A DNA stretch of 64,000 nucleotides from Bacteroidales bacterium (lineage in GTDB: Bacteria > Bacteroidota > Bacteroidia > Bacteroidales > UBA932): the NCBI GenBank assembly GCA_020026355.1, contig JAHHQP010000005.1, positions 2,919 through 66,918 of the forward strand. The letters are read 5' to 3'. The position numbers and the translations under genes are program-made. Below the pieces are notes generated by a model that was given only the letters and a program-made list of their open reading frames with translations, had not been told where the DNA came from and ran no database searches. Positions 36,210 to 45,365 of this stretch are shown piece after piece. Numbering within the stretch: position 1 is the stretch's first letter; each line of letters starts with the position of its first letter.

Positions 36210-36965
36210 TCAGTCTTTCCGGGAAGGAATGAGAGCACCGGCGATGTTGATCAGCACATAAGCGGAGAAGGTGATCAGCGGGATCAGTGACCAGTTCCAA
36301 CGGAAGATCAGCACCAGTATGCAGCTGAGAAGGAAGACACCGAAGAAGGCCAGACGCATGACAGTCGTCTTGCGCTCCGGTTTCACTCCTTTCTTGATTT
36401 TCATGGAGAACATCGGAATTTCGCTGACGAGCAGTAAGGAAAGGATAACGGCAAGGACTGGAAGGAACCAGTTGCCGGAAGCCCACCTGGTCAGGAAACC
36501 GGCGGTCTCATCCTGGCTTACGAAATAGATCAATGAGCCGCAGATGATGGCGTTGGCCGGAGTCGCCAGGCCGATGAAGCTGGAGGTCTGTCTTTCGTCG
36601 ACGTTGAACTTCGCCAGACGCAGGGCGGAGAAGACCACGATGATCAGCGGCAGGTAGCACAGAATCGTCATTCCGACGTTTTCAGGAGCGACAGCAGCGA
36701 CCATGAAGCGGTTGAGCATGATGGCCGGCAGCAGGCCGAAGCTGATCAGGTCAGCCAGCGAGTCCAGTTCTTTCCCGATATCGGAATAGGCCTTCAGCGC
36801 TCTGGCGGAAAGTCCGTCACAGAAATCGAAGACCGCTGCGGCGATCATCAGGTAGAACGAGAGGTCGAACTGCCCTCCAAAAGCGAATATCACACCCAGA
36901 ACGCCACTGAGCAGGTTCATGGATGTGATAGTATTCGGAATATGTTTTATGATATTCATATTCAA
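36210..36965 (-). CDS. pssA: CDP-diacylglycerol--serine O-phosphatidyltransferase
   Basis: CDP-alcohol transferase motif DFCDGLSARALKAYSDIGKELDSLADLISFG; 251 aa, polytopic. Confidence 0.9.
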   Translation of the reverse strand: MNMNIIKHIPNTITSMNLLSGVLGVIFAFGGQFDLSFYLMIAAAVFDFCDGLSARALKAYSDIGKELDSLADLISFGLLPAIMLNRFMVAAVAPENVGMTILCYLPLIIVVFSALRLAKFNVDERQTSSFIGLATPANAIICGSLIYFVSQDETAGFLTRWASGNWFLPVLAVILSLLLVSEIPMFSMKIKKGVKPERKTTVMRLAFFGVFLLSCILVLIFRWNWSLIPLITFSAYVLINIAGALIPSRKD

Positions 36966-36980
36966 GCTGTCGGATTCAAC

Positions 36981-38222
36981 TTAGAATTGGAACAGGGTTT
37001 CCTGCTGCTTAGCTCTGAGTTTAGCTTTGATGGATTCAGGGACAGCGTCTTTGTGTACGAGGAAGTTCAGGGTCTTGTATTTCACGAATGAATCGGATGC
37101 GTACCAGATACCTTTGTATTTGCCAGCCTCACCCCATGAGTTCTTCACCATGAAGTAGCTGCGGCCTTCCTGGTCTTTGGCGAGACCGAAGATGTGCATA
37201 CCGTGGTCATCGGTAGTGGTCTTGTTGTCGTAAGCGATCTGCCTCATTTCCTGAGTGATCTCCATTTCTTCCGGAAGCGGAGCTTTCTCTACCTTCTTGC
37301 CTTTTCTGGATTTCTTCTCGGCAGCTTTCTTCTCTTCTTTTGCTTTTCCTGTCCAGCGCTCCTGGTCGGAACCGGCTTTCTTCTCTTCTTTGACTGCCGG
37401 CATTACAGCGAGACCGTCACGGGTGAATCCTTTCTCGGAAACGTCTGAACCCCAGAGGATGGTGTAACCGTTGTTGATAGCGTTGTACATTACTTCCATG
37501 AGCTCGTCGATAGGGAGGTTGTAGGCATTGCCCCATCTCCAGTTATCGCAGACCTCGATCACGAATGGCTCGTAGAACGGATGGTGAGTGAAGGAAGCGA
37601 GATTGATGTAGTCGTCCGGATTGAAACCGAGGGCGTCTCTATATTCTGCTGGAGTATAAGTCTTTCCGTCAACTTCGAAGGTTTTCGGATCCTCGCCGAA
37701 GTAAGCCTCGATGATGCCGTCGAAACCTTTCTGCCATGCAGTGGAAAGCTTGCGGTTCGGAACCTGTGCGACAGCCTCTACATAGCCTTTGAGGACAGCG
37801 TCAAGCTCGTTGTGTACCGGAAGCTCGGTGCCGTACTGGAAGCCGTAGCCTGGAGTGACGTTCTGCGGAACCATACCATAATTCTTGATGACATCCATCA
37901 CGTCGCCGAAGGAGCTGCCTGCGGCAAAATTCAGATGACCGTCAAGTCTGACGTATTTCACTGCTCTGTCGTGGTAAGCTTTTCCGACGATGTACATTTC
38001 GGAAAGGTCAACTTCCTTGCCGGATTGTCTGAGAATCTCGGACTCGACGAAAGAGAGGGAAGAGAAGCACCAGCAGGTACCGGACATGAACTGGTTCTTG
38101 ATAGAGGTGATCGGGTTCTCTTTTACTGTAGTGAACTCATACTCAGGCTCTGCTGTCTGCTGAGCATACACTGCGGATCCCAAGGTAAGGAACATGGCAG
38201 CTGTAATAAAAAATCTTTTCAT
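36981..38222 (-). CDS. C1 family cysteine peptidase (aminopeptidase C / bleomycin hydrolase-like), secreted
   Basis: Signal peptide, catalytic Cys context QFMSGTCWCFSSLSF, and a C-terminal HGMHIFG...VKNSWG. It contains a Lys/Glu-rich insert (EEKKAGSDQERWTGKAKEEKKAAEKKSRKGKKVEKAP). Confidence 0.85.
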   Translation of the reverse strand: MKRFFITAAMFLTLGSAVYAQQTAEPEYEFTTVKENPITSIKNQFMSGTCWCFSSLSFVESEILRQSGKEVDLSEMYIVGKAYHDRAVKYVRLDGHLNFAAGSSFGDVMDVIKNYGMVPQNVTPGYGFQYGTELPVHNELDAVLKGYVEAVAQVPNRKLSTAWQKGFDGIIEAYFGEDPKTFEVDGKTYTPAEYRDALGFNPDDYINLASFTHHPFYEPFVIEVCDNWRWGNAYNLPIDELMEVMYNAINNGYTILWGSDVSEKGFTRDGLAVMPAVKEEKKAGSDQERWTGKAKEEKKAAEKKSRKGKKVEKAPLPEEMEITQEMRQIAYDNKTTTDDHGMHIFGLAKDQEGRSYFMVKNSWGEAGKYKGIWYASDSFVKYKTLNFLVHKDAVPESIKAKLRAKQQETLFQF

Positions 38223-38344
38223 CCTGTTTTATTAAGTTAATTGATTGTTGTTTTCATGATGTTCATCTTACAAAGATAATGAAAATTTGTGTAACTTCGT
38301 TAATGAAACCCGTCAAGGGCACCATAAATTTTATAGAGAATAAT

Positions 38345-39013
38345 ATGAAAAGCAATTATACCGTCTTGTATGTGCATGGGATGGGCGGAGGTGGAGACAG
38401 CCGGATTCCTTCTATCCTGAACGAGCATATTTCTTCTTTTCTGCCGGAAAACATATCGGTCCGGATCGTTGTGAGAACCTATTCCTTCGATCCGGAAATC
38501 TCTCGTGGACAGCTTGCTGACTGGAGGGATGAACTGCAGCCGGAACTGATCATCGGCGAATCGCTCGGTTCCCTCGGCGCCATTGCCCTGAAAGGAGTGC
38601 CGCATCTGCTGGTGTCTCCGTCGCTCAACGCTCCTCTGTATTTCTGTGACTTGGCTTGGCTGGCGCTGATTCCTGGAGTCACGCCTTTGCTGGACCGGAT
38701 CTACCACCCGCGGGAAGGGGATCGGCAGCCGCTCCATTTCACTTATCGGACGCTGAGGAAGTACAAGGAACTCCGCCGTCGAGCCTTGGCCAATGCTGCT
38801 GCCGCCGGCAGTACAGACCATTTCCATGCCTTCTTCGGCAGGCATGACCATTACCGGAGAAGCGGAATCGTATCGGTCCGAACCTGGAAAAAGTACTTCG
38901 GAGAGAGCTTCACGTTCTATGACGGAACGCATTTCATGGAAGAAGAGTATGTTCTGAGTCTTTTGATACCTGAAATATTGAATGTATTGGAAATTAATGG
39001 AAAAAACAAATGA
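38345..39013 (+). CDS. Alpha/beta hydrolase (YqiA/UPF0227-like esterase)
   Basis: MKSNYTVLYVHGMGGGG..., nucleophile elbow GESLGS. The track start at 38279 is an upstream extension. Confidence 0.6.
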   Translation: MKSNYTVLYVHGMGGGGDSRIPSILNEHISSFLPENISVRIVVRTYSFDPEISRGQLADWRDELQPELIIGESLGSLGAIALKGVPHLLVSPSLNAPLYFCDLAWLALIPGVTPLLDRIYHPREGDRQPLHFTYRTLRKYKELRRRALANAAAAGSTDHFHAFFGRHDHYRRSGIVSVRTWKKYFGESFTFYDGTHFMEEEYVLSLLIPEILNVLEINGKNK

Positions 39014-39096
39014 GTTATTTAAGTTAACATTTTTGTTATCCTTAAGGCCGACCTAAAAAAGGATAAAATTTCCAGTAAATATCCATTATATTTTTC

Positions 39097-39104
39097 TACC
39101 TTTG
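39097..39104 (+). promoter_or_regulatory. -7 promoter box TACCTTTG upstream of the GS gene
   Basis: Exact TAnnTTTG 36 nt upstream of the ATG. Confidence 0.5.
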
Positions 39105-39139
39105 CAGCCGTTCAATCTACAACGTGTATTACATCACTT

Positions 39140-41314
39140 ATGGCGACATTCAGACACAGAGCACTCAATGAAGCGGCTACTCATCAGCCAGGCCGCTATT
39201 TCGCAGAAGAGGGACCCGTCTCAAGTTATTTCGGGCAAAATGTACTGACCGTCGAGAAACTCCAGAAATATGTGTCCACGAATGCTTATGAGGCGGTACT
39301 TGCCGCTGTCAAGTTCGGTGCACGGCTGGATCGCGGTTATGCAGATGAAGTTGCGGCAGGCATGAAGGATTGGGCCATGGAAATGGGCTGTACGCATTAC
39401 ACCCATCTTTTCCAGCCTCTTACCGATTCCACTGCTGAAAAACATGAAGCATTCATCACCGTCAAGGACGGAAGACCTTTCGAACGTTTCAACGGCAGCG
39501 CTCTGGTTCAGCAGGAACCTGATGCTTCGAGCTTTCCTAACGGAGGGTTGAGAAACACTTTCGAAGCCAGGGGCTATTCCGCGTGGGATCCTTCTTCTCC
39601 GGTTTTCCTGATGGACGGCACTCTCTGTATCCCGTCCGTGTTCGTTTCCTACACCGGCGAGGCGTTGGATACGAAGGTGCCTGAACTGAAGTCTCAGCAG
39701 GCGCTCAGTGACGCAGCCGTGAGGGTCGCTTCTCTTTTCGACGAGAAAGTGAAGACGGTGAAGGTGAATCTGGGTATCGAGCAGGAGTATTTCCTTGTGG
39801 ATGAGGCGCTGTTCAATGCCCGCATTGACCTGATGCTCTGCAACAGGACCGTGATCGGTCATACTTCCGCCAAGGATCAGCAGCTGGAAGACCATTATTT
39901 CGGAGCCATTCCGTCCAAGGTCAGCTGCTTCATGAAGGATTTCGAGACTGAAGCCTATAAATTGGGCATTCTTCTCCAGACCCGGCACAATGAGGTCGCG
40001 CCGAATCAGTTCGAGTGCGCACCGGTGTTCTGCGAGGCGACGAAGGCCATCGACCAGAACATGATGCTCATGATCCTCATGCAGAAAGTTGCGGAGAAGC
40101 ATCATCTGAAGGTCATTTTCCATGAAAAGCCATTTGATGGGGTCAATGGTTCCGGCAAGCACGTGAACTGGTCCATCATGACGGATACCGGGGTCAAGCT
40201 CCTTTCACCGGGCAAGACACCGATGAACAACCTGCAGTTCCTGGCTTTCTACGCCAGTGTGCTCCGGGCTGTATACAAACATCATTTCCTGCTGATGACG
40301 ACCGTTGCCAGCCTGAGCAACTCCTTCCGTCTCGGCGGAAATGAGGCACCTCCGGCTGTGATGTCCGTATTCTCAGGTTCCACGCTCTACGGCATCTTCC
40401 AGTCCATCGTGAACATGAAGGACGTCAAGGAGCCGGAAGGGGAGCAGGAATCCATCAAGCTGGTGAATTCCATTCCGGAGATTTTCCCGGACAATACCGA
40501 CCGCAACAGGACTTCACCGTTTGCCTTCACCGGTAACCGTTTCGAGTTCAGAGGTGTCGGTTCTTCCCAGAACGTCGCTTCCGTGACCTATGTTCTCAAT
40601 TCCATCGTCGCCGAGAGCCTGAATGAGTTCCGTGACCTGGTGGATGAACTGGAGGCCAAGGGAGAGGAGCGTTCCAATGCCGTGATGAGCATCGTCCGGA
40701 AATTCACGACAGAGTCTCAGGATATCATGTTCGAAGGCAACGGCTACAGCCGTGAATGGGAAGCGGAAGCGAAGAGAAGGGGACTGCGTGCCGTCAGCAA
40801 CGTACCGGATGCTTATGAAGTCTATCATGAGCCGGCCACTATCGAGCTGTTCAGGAAACTGGACGTGCTTCAGCCGAATGAGGTGGAAGCGCGTTTCGAG
40901 ATCCTGAACGAGACTTATGTGAAGAAGCTGCAGATTGAGGCTCGGGTACTTGGTGATATCTGCCAGAATCATGTGATTCCGGCGGCGGTACGTTACCAGA
41001 ACGTGCTGATCGAGAACATCAAGGGGGTGATGGATATTTTCGGCGCTGAAGTCGAGACGCTCTGCGGTGCAGAGGTGTCGACTTTGCGCAAGATTTCAAA
41101 ATATATCAATGATATCTCAGCGGATGTCGAGGACTTGGTAGAGGCTCGTAAGCGTGCAAACAAGATTTCAGACATCGCGATGAGGGCGAAGGTCTACTCG
41201 CGTGAGGTCAAGGAGAAGATGGACCAGGTGCGTTACAGCGCTGACCATCTCGAGATGCTGGTCGACGACGAGATGTGGCCGTTGCCGAAATATAGGGAAC
41301 TGCTGTTCTTCTAG
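39140..41314 (+). CDS. glnN: Glutamine synthetase type III
   Basis: 724 aa. The N-terminus YFGQNVLTVEKLQKYV...WAMEMGCTHYTHLFQPLT and the core EVAPNQFE...HEKPF.GVNGSGKH.NWS are typical of GSIII. Confidence 0.95.
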   Translation: MATFRHRALNEAATHQPGRYFAEEGPVSSYFGQNVLTVEKLQKYVSTNAYEAVLAAVKFGARLDRGYADEVAAGMKDWAMEMGCTHYTHLFQPLTDSTAEKHEAFITVKDGRPFERFNGSALVQQEPDASSFPNGGLRNTFEARGYSAWDPSSPVFLMDGTLCIPSVFVSYTGEALDTKVPELKSQQALSDAAVRVASLFDEKVKTVKVNLGIEQEYFLVDEALFNARIDLMLCNRTVIGHTSAKDQQLEDHYFGAIPSKVSCFMKDFETEAYKLGILLQTRHNEVAPNQFECAPVFCEATKAIDQNMMLMILMQKVAEKHHLKVIFHEKPFDGVNGSGKHVNWSIMTDTGVKLLSPGKTPMNNLQFLAFYASVLRAVYKHHFLLMTTVASLSNSFRLGGNEAPPAVMSVFSGSTLYGIFQSIVNMKDVKEPEGEQESIKLVNSIPEIFPDNTDRNRTSPFAFTGNRFEFRGVGSSQNVASVTYVLNSIVAESLNEFRDLVDELEAKGEERSNAVMSIVRKFTTESQDIMFEGNGYSREWEAEAKRRGLRAVSNVPDAYEVYHEPATIELFRKLDVLQPNEVEARFEILNETYVKKLQIEARVLGDICQNHVIPAAVRYQNVLIENIKGVMDIFGAEVETLCGAEVSTLRKISKYINDISADVEDLVEARKRANKISDIAMRAKVYSREVKEKMDQVRYSADHLEMLVDDEMWPLPKYRELLFF

Positions 41315-41342
41315 GAACAGCCATTAGCAGAAGGAAGAAAGA

Positions 41343-41936
41343 ATGATGTACAGGAGCAGCATTACGCCAGAGGAGATGGAGAAGTTGGATTTCATCAGCT
41401 TCCCGGGACAGATTCATGTCATAGATACATTGGGAGCGGAATTCAACCGTGCCGTGAATTATCTGAGAAATCAGAAGATCATCGGCTTCGATACGGAGAC
41501 GCGTCCTTGCTTTTCAGCAGGGCAGCCGCAGCATGGTGTCGCTCTTCTCCAGCTTTCCGGCCCTAAGCACGCTTACCTTTTCCGGATCAACAGGATCGGC
41601 ATGCACCGCAGGTTATGTGCGCTGCTGGCGAATCCGAAGATCATCAAGGTCGGTGCAGCTGTCCATGACGATATCCGCGGCTTGCAGAAACTCCGTGATT
41701 TCGTTCCGGCCGCTTTTGTGGATCTCCAGAAGATCGTAGGAGATTATGGTATCAACGATAAGAGCGTGAAGAAGATGGCCAGCATCATCCTGGGCTTCAG
41801 GGTCTCCAAGACCCAGCAGCTGTCGAACTGGGAGGCAGATACGCTTTCCGAATCACAGTGCAGATATGGCGCGACGGATGCTTGGGTCTGCCGCGAGATG
41901 TATTTGAATCTATTGAAAAATTTACAGAATGATTAA
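41343..41936 (+). CDS. 3'-5' exonuclease (DEDD/RNase D-like domain)
   Basis: IIGFDTETRP..., HDDIRGL, YGATDAW motifs. Confidence 0.8.
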   Translation: MMYRSSITPEEMEKLDFISFPGQIHVIDTLGAEFNRAVNYLRNQKIIGFDTETRPCFSAGQPQHGVALLQLSGPKHAYLFRINRIGMHRRLCALLANPKIIKVGAAVHDDIRGLQKLRDFVPAAFVDLQKIVGDYGINDKSVKKMASIILGFRVSKTQQLSNWEADTLSESQCRYGATDAWVCREMYLNLLKNLQND

Positions 41937-43122
41937 GATTATATTGAAGAGGGGAAGGGAGGAATCCTTGAAGCGTTTCCATCCATGGGTCTTCTCCGGT
42001 GCTATCGCAGAAATCCAGGGAAATCCTGCAGAGGGAGATATCGTGTCCGTCCACTCATCGGACGGCATCCTGATGGCTTATGGCCATTATCAGATCGGTT
42101 CCATCGCCGTGCGTGTCTTGAGCTTCGATGCAGATGCGTTGGCTCCTGATTTCTGGGAAATCATGCTCGGGAGAGCCTTGGCGGTCCGCGAGGCGGTCGG
42201 CCTGACCGGAAATCCGCGGACGAACTGCTATCGTCTGGTACATGGAGAAGGCGATAATCTGCCGGGACTGATCATCGATTACTATGATGGGGTCTGCGTC
42301 ATGCAGGCTCATTCCGTAGGTATGTTCCGTGCAAAGCGCCAGATTTCCGAGGCTCTTCGGAAAATCTATGGAGACCAGCTGAAGGCGGTCTATGACAAAA
42401 GTTCCGGCACTGCACCGTTCAAGGCCGGTCTTGAGCTCGTGGACGGCTACCTCTATAGGAAGGAGGGCTTCGATTCCGACGAACTCGTCGTTCTGGAAAA
42501 CGGACACAAGTTCTCCGTCAACTGGAATGAAGGTCAGAAAACCGGTTTCTTCCTGGATCAGCGCGACAACCGTGATCTGGTCGGTCTGCATGCCAAAGGC
42601 CGCAATGTCCTGAATCTCTTCTGCTATACCGGTGGCTTCTCCATCTATGCTCTGGCAGCTGGTGCTCTTCATGTCGACTCTGTGGACAGCTCGAAGAAAG
42701 CGATGGCGATGGTGGACAAGAATGTTGCTCTGAACGGTTTCGGTCCGGAAACGCATACCAGTCTCTGCTGCGATGCCATCGATTATCTGAAAGAAGTTCC
42801 TGAAGGAAAGTATGATCTCATGATCGTCGATCCTCCAGCCTTCGCCAAACATCGCGGTGCGCTCCGGAATGCGCTCCGTGCTTATCAGCGTCTGAATGCC
42901 GCAGCGATCTCCAAAGTCGCTCATGGCGGTCTCATCTTCACTTACAGCTGCTCTCAGGTCGTGGACAAGGAAGCCTTCGCCCTGGCTGTCTTCTCGGCGG
43001 CGGCTCAGTGTGGCCGCAGTGTGCGGATCCTGGACCGTCTCAACCAGCCGGCAGATCATAGTGTCAACATTTATCATCCGGAAGGAGAATATCTGAAAGG
43101 CTTGCTGCTGTACGTCGAGTAG
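41929..43122 (+). CDS. rlmI: 23S rRNA (cytosine-C5)-methyltransferase RlmI-type SAM-dependent methyltransferase
   Basis: The PUA-like N-terminus is LKRGREESLKRFHPWVFSGAI. The SAM motif is VLNLFCYTGGFS and DPPAF is present. It overlaps the upstream gene by 8 nt. Confidence 0.85.
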   Translation: MIKIILKRGREESLKRFHPWVFSGAIAEIQGNPAEGDIVSVHSSDGILMAYGHYQIGSIAVRVLSFDADALAPDFWEIMLGRALAVREAVGLTGNPRTNCYRLVHGEGDNLPGLIIDYYDGVCVMQAHSVGMFRAKRQISEALRKIYGDQLKAVYDKSSGTAPFKAGLELVDGYLYRKEGFDSDELVVLENGHKFSVNWNEGQKTGFFLDQRDNRDLVGLHAKGRNVLNLFCYTGGFSIYALAAGALHVDSVDSSKKAMAMVDKNVALNGFGPETHTSLCCDAIDYLKEVPEGKYDLMIVDPPAFAKHRGALRNALRAYQRLNAAAISKVAHGGLIFTYSCSQVVDKEAFALAVFSAAAQCGRSVRILDRLNQPADHSVNIYHPEGEYLKGLLLYVE

Positions 43123-43139
43123 CCTTACCATCCATTTTT

Positions 43140-43490
43140 ATGATCAGACAATTAGCCATTTTGTTCGGTTGCCTCGCAGTGGGGGAACTGATCGTCTGGG
43201 CTACTGGTATCCATTTGCCTTCCAGCATCATCGGGATGCTGGTCCTTGCCTTGCTGCTGGAAACGAAGGTTATCCGCCTGGAATGGATCCAGAGCCTGTC
43301 CCGTGTGCTCATCGCGAACATGGGGTTCTTTTTCGTGCCGGCGGGTGTCGGCCTCATGCTTTATTTCGATGTGATCAAGGCCCAGTTCTGGCCGATCGTC
43401 ATCGCAACGGTCATCAGTACGGTCATCGTGCTCATCGTGACCGGTTGGGTCTATCAAATCATCAGGAAATATGGAATTCGTCGAAAATAG
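43140..43490 (+). CDS. lrgA: CidA/LrgA family holin-like protein
   Basis: 116 aa, four TM helices, LFGCLAVGELIV....LPSSIIGMLVL. Confidence 0.8.
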   Translation: MIRQLAILFGCLAVGELIVWATGIHLPSSIIGMLVLALLLETKVIRLEWIQSLSRVLIANMGFFFVPAGVGLMLYFDVIKAQFWPIVIATVISTVIVLIVTGWVYQIIRKYGIRRK

Positions 43491-44166
43491 CTTCGTGCTG
43501 CTGGCTCTGACTTTCGGAGTCTATTATCTGGCTCACAAGCTCCAGAAAAAGACCGGATGGCTCTTCCTGAATCCGATTCTGCTCACGATCATCGCCCTGA
43601 TCTGCTTCCTGAAATGTTCCGGAGTGGACTATGAAATCTACAAGGAAGCCGGAAGTATGATCGATTTCTGGTTGAAGCCGGCCATCGTCGCTCTCGGTGT
43701 ACCGCTTTACCAGCAGCTCAGCGTCATCAAGAAACAGGTGCTTCCCATCGTGCTTTCCCAGCTCGCCGGCTGCATCGTCGGAGTGATTTCCGTCGTGCTG
43801 ATCGCCCGGGCGATGGGGGCGTCTCAGGAGGTCATCTGTGCTCTTGCACCGAAGTCCGTGACGACTCCGATCGCGATGGAGGTTTCGGAAGCGGTCGGCG
43901 GCATTCCGGCATTGACCGCAGCTGTAGTGATCTGTGTGGGATTGTTCGGAGCGATTTTCGGTTTCTCCATCCTGAAGATGACCCGCATCAAGAATCCGAT
44001 CGCTCAGGGCTTGTCCATCGGTACCGCTTCTCATGCGGTCGGTACGGCCAGAGCCATGGAAATCAGCGGCCGTTACGGTGCCTATGCCAGTCTCGGCCTC
44101 ATCGTCAATGGAGTCTTCACGGCTTTGTTCACTCCATCGCTTCTGGAAATGCTGGGGATTCTCTAG
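43471..44166 (+). CDS. lrgB: LrgB family protein
   Basis: 231 aa, polytopic, LAPKSVTTPIAMEVS..GG. It overlaps lrgA by 20 nt. Confidence 0.85.
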   Translation: MEFVENSFVLLALTFGVYYLAHKLQKKTGWLFLNPILLTIIALICFLKCSGVDYEIYKEAGSMIDFWLKPAIVALGVPLYQQLSVIKKQVLPIVLSQLAGCIVGVISVVLIARAMGASQEVICALAPKSVTTPIAMEVSEAVGGIPALTAAVVICVGLFGAIFGFSILKMTRIKNPIAQGLSIGTASHAVGTARAMEISGRYGAYASLGLIVNGVFTALFTPSLLEMLGIL

Positions 44167-44187
44167 AGGATTCTATTGACGGCGGAA

Positions 44188-44715
44188 TCATCTGACCGTC
44201 ACGATGGTGATGCCTGCACTTCCCGGAAGCCAGGTACAGCGTAGGGCGTAGATTTCGTCCAGCTCTTTCCTGATCCGTTCTTTCAGGATGCCGTCTCCGA
44301 TTCCATGGACCAATGAGAACCGCTTGCCGCGGTGTCTGAGCTGCTCGTTCATGATCGTGTGGAAGCAGTTCAGCTGGTATTCCAATCTTTCGTTCTGAGG
44401 GAGGTCGTGACCGCCGGGAAGAGCTTCGATATGCAGGTCGAAGACCGGATCGCCTCCATGGGTGATTCCGGAAGGCCGGAACTGCAGACGTCTGCGGGAG
44501 CTCTGTTCACCGGTCATGGCTTTGTTCACCTTGCCGCTTCGGAGCTGTTCCTCCTCGGCATCATTGACCAGGACGAACTCTCCGGGCAGCAGAAGCATTT
44601 CCAGCCCGTCCTCCAGACAGACCGGCACTTGTCCGTAGCGGTTCGCAGGTCCGGTGATGATACCGGAGTCGTTGCTGTCCATCAATCTGATTTTCTGTTT
44701 TCCTTTCATCTTCAT
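44188..44715 (-). CDS. Smr (small MutS-related) domain-containing protein
   Basis: The C-terminal FDLHIEAL......LVHGIGDGILKERIRKEL matches the Smr domain. Its ATG overlaps the AraC stop (ATGA). Confidence 0.7.
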   Translation of the reverse strand: MKMKGKQKIRLMDSNDSGIITGPANRYGQVPVCLEDGLEMLLLPGEFVLVNDAEEEQLRSGKVNKAMTGEQSSRRRLQFRPSGITHGGDPVFDLHIEALPGGHDLPQNERLEYQLNCFHTIMNEQLRHRGKRFSLVHGIGDGILKERIRKELDEIYALRCTWLPGSAGITIVTVR

Positions 44716-45272
44716 AGGGCCATCCGTGGGGTCATCTGCTGCCGCGCTTTCTGACGGTAGCTGTCGGGAGACATCCCGCTCATTTTCCGGAAAAACTTGC
44801 AGAGGTGGGAAGTATCGTGGTAATTGTAGTCCAAGGCGATCTCCTTGACGCTCTTGTCGGTATTCTTCAGTTCGGAGCAGATCCGGGTGAAGATGTATCC
44901 GTCGATGCAGTGCAGGGCCGAGAATCCGAAATTCGCCTTGATCTTCCGGGAAAATTTCGAGCGGTCCAGATGCAGGGATTCAGTCCAGTAGCTTTTCGAG
45001 AAGATGATTCCGATGCTGTTGTAATCGTCGCTGACGGAGGTGATCTTCGTCGTGTGGTCTTTCATGAAGAATTGCACGCAATTGCAGTCCGCTTTCATGT
45101 TCTTTCCGTGCAGATCGAAGGAAATCTGACCTTTTCGGCAGATGTAGAGGGACATGTAGTCGACCGTGTGCTCCACGAAGGAATCATCAGCGGCGGGTTT
45201 CCCGTCCCAGATGAAGAACTGGTGTCCTTTATCTTCAAGATAACGGTATATTTCTTGCTGCGTATATTCCAT
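44712..45272 (-). CDS. AraC family transcriptional regulator (short)
   Basis: C-terminal HTH: SVKEIALDYNYHDTSHLCKFFRKMSGMSPDSYRQ. The ATG at 45272 is preferred over the track's TTG at 45311. Confidence 0.7.
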   Translation of the reverse strand: MEYTQQEIYRYLEDKGHQFFIWDGKPAADDSFVEHTVDYMSLYICRKGQISFDLHGKNMKADCNCVQFFMKDHTTKITSVSDDYNSIGIIFSKSYWTESLHLDRSKFSRKIKANFGFSALHCIDGYIFTRICSELKNTDKSVKEIALDYNYHDTSHLCKFFRKMSGMSPDSYRQKARQQMTPRMAL

Positions 45273-45305
45273 CGGGCGCAAAGATACGAAATTTTCAGGC
45301 TCAGT

Positions 45306-45341
45306 CTGCAACCAGGTTGCAGGAACTATCCTTTATCTTTG
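45306..45341. promoter_or_regulatory. Divergent control region: palindrome CTGCAAC cag GTTGCAG (45306-45322) plus -7 box TATCTTTG (45334-45341) for the CDF transporter
   Basis: Perfect 7-bp inverted repeat. A second TATCTTTG lies on the minus strand at 45279-45286, directly upstream of the AraC ATG. Confidence 0.45.
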
Positions 45342-45365
45342 CATCAGAAATCAAAAGCAAACATT

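Noticed and set aside
42055-43131. 358-aa minus-strand ORF
   Set aside because: It is antisense to rlmI (PUA, SAM and DPPAF motifs on the plus strand).
44805-45365. 5' extension of the CDF transporter ORF (the track lists 44805..46283, 492 aa)
   Set aside because: The extension runs antisense through the AraC gene and across a promoter with an exact -7 box at 45334-45341. The CDF homology begins at the ATG at 45366.
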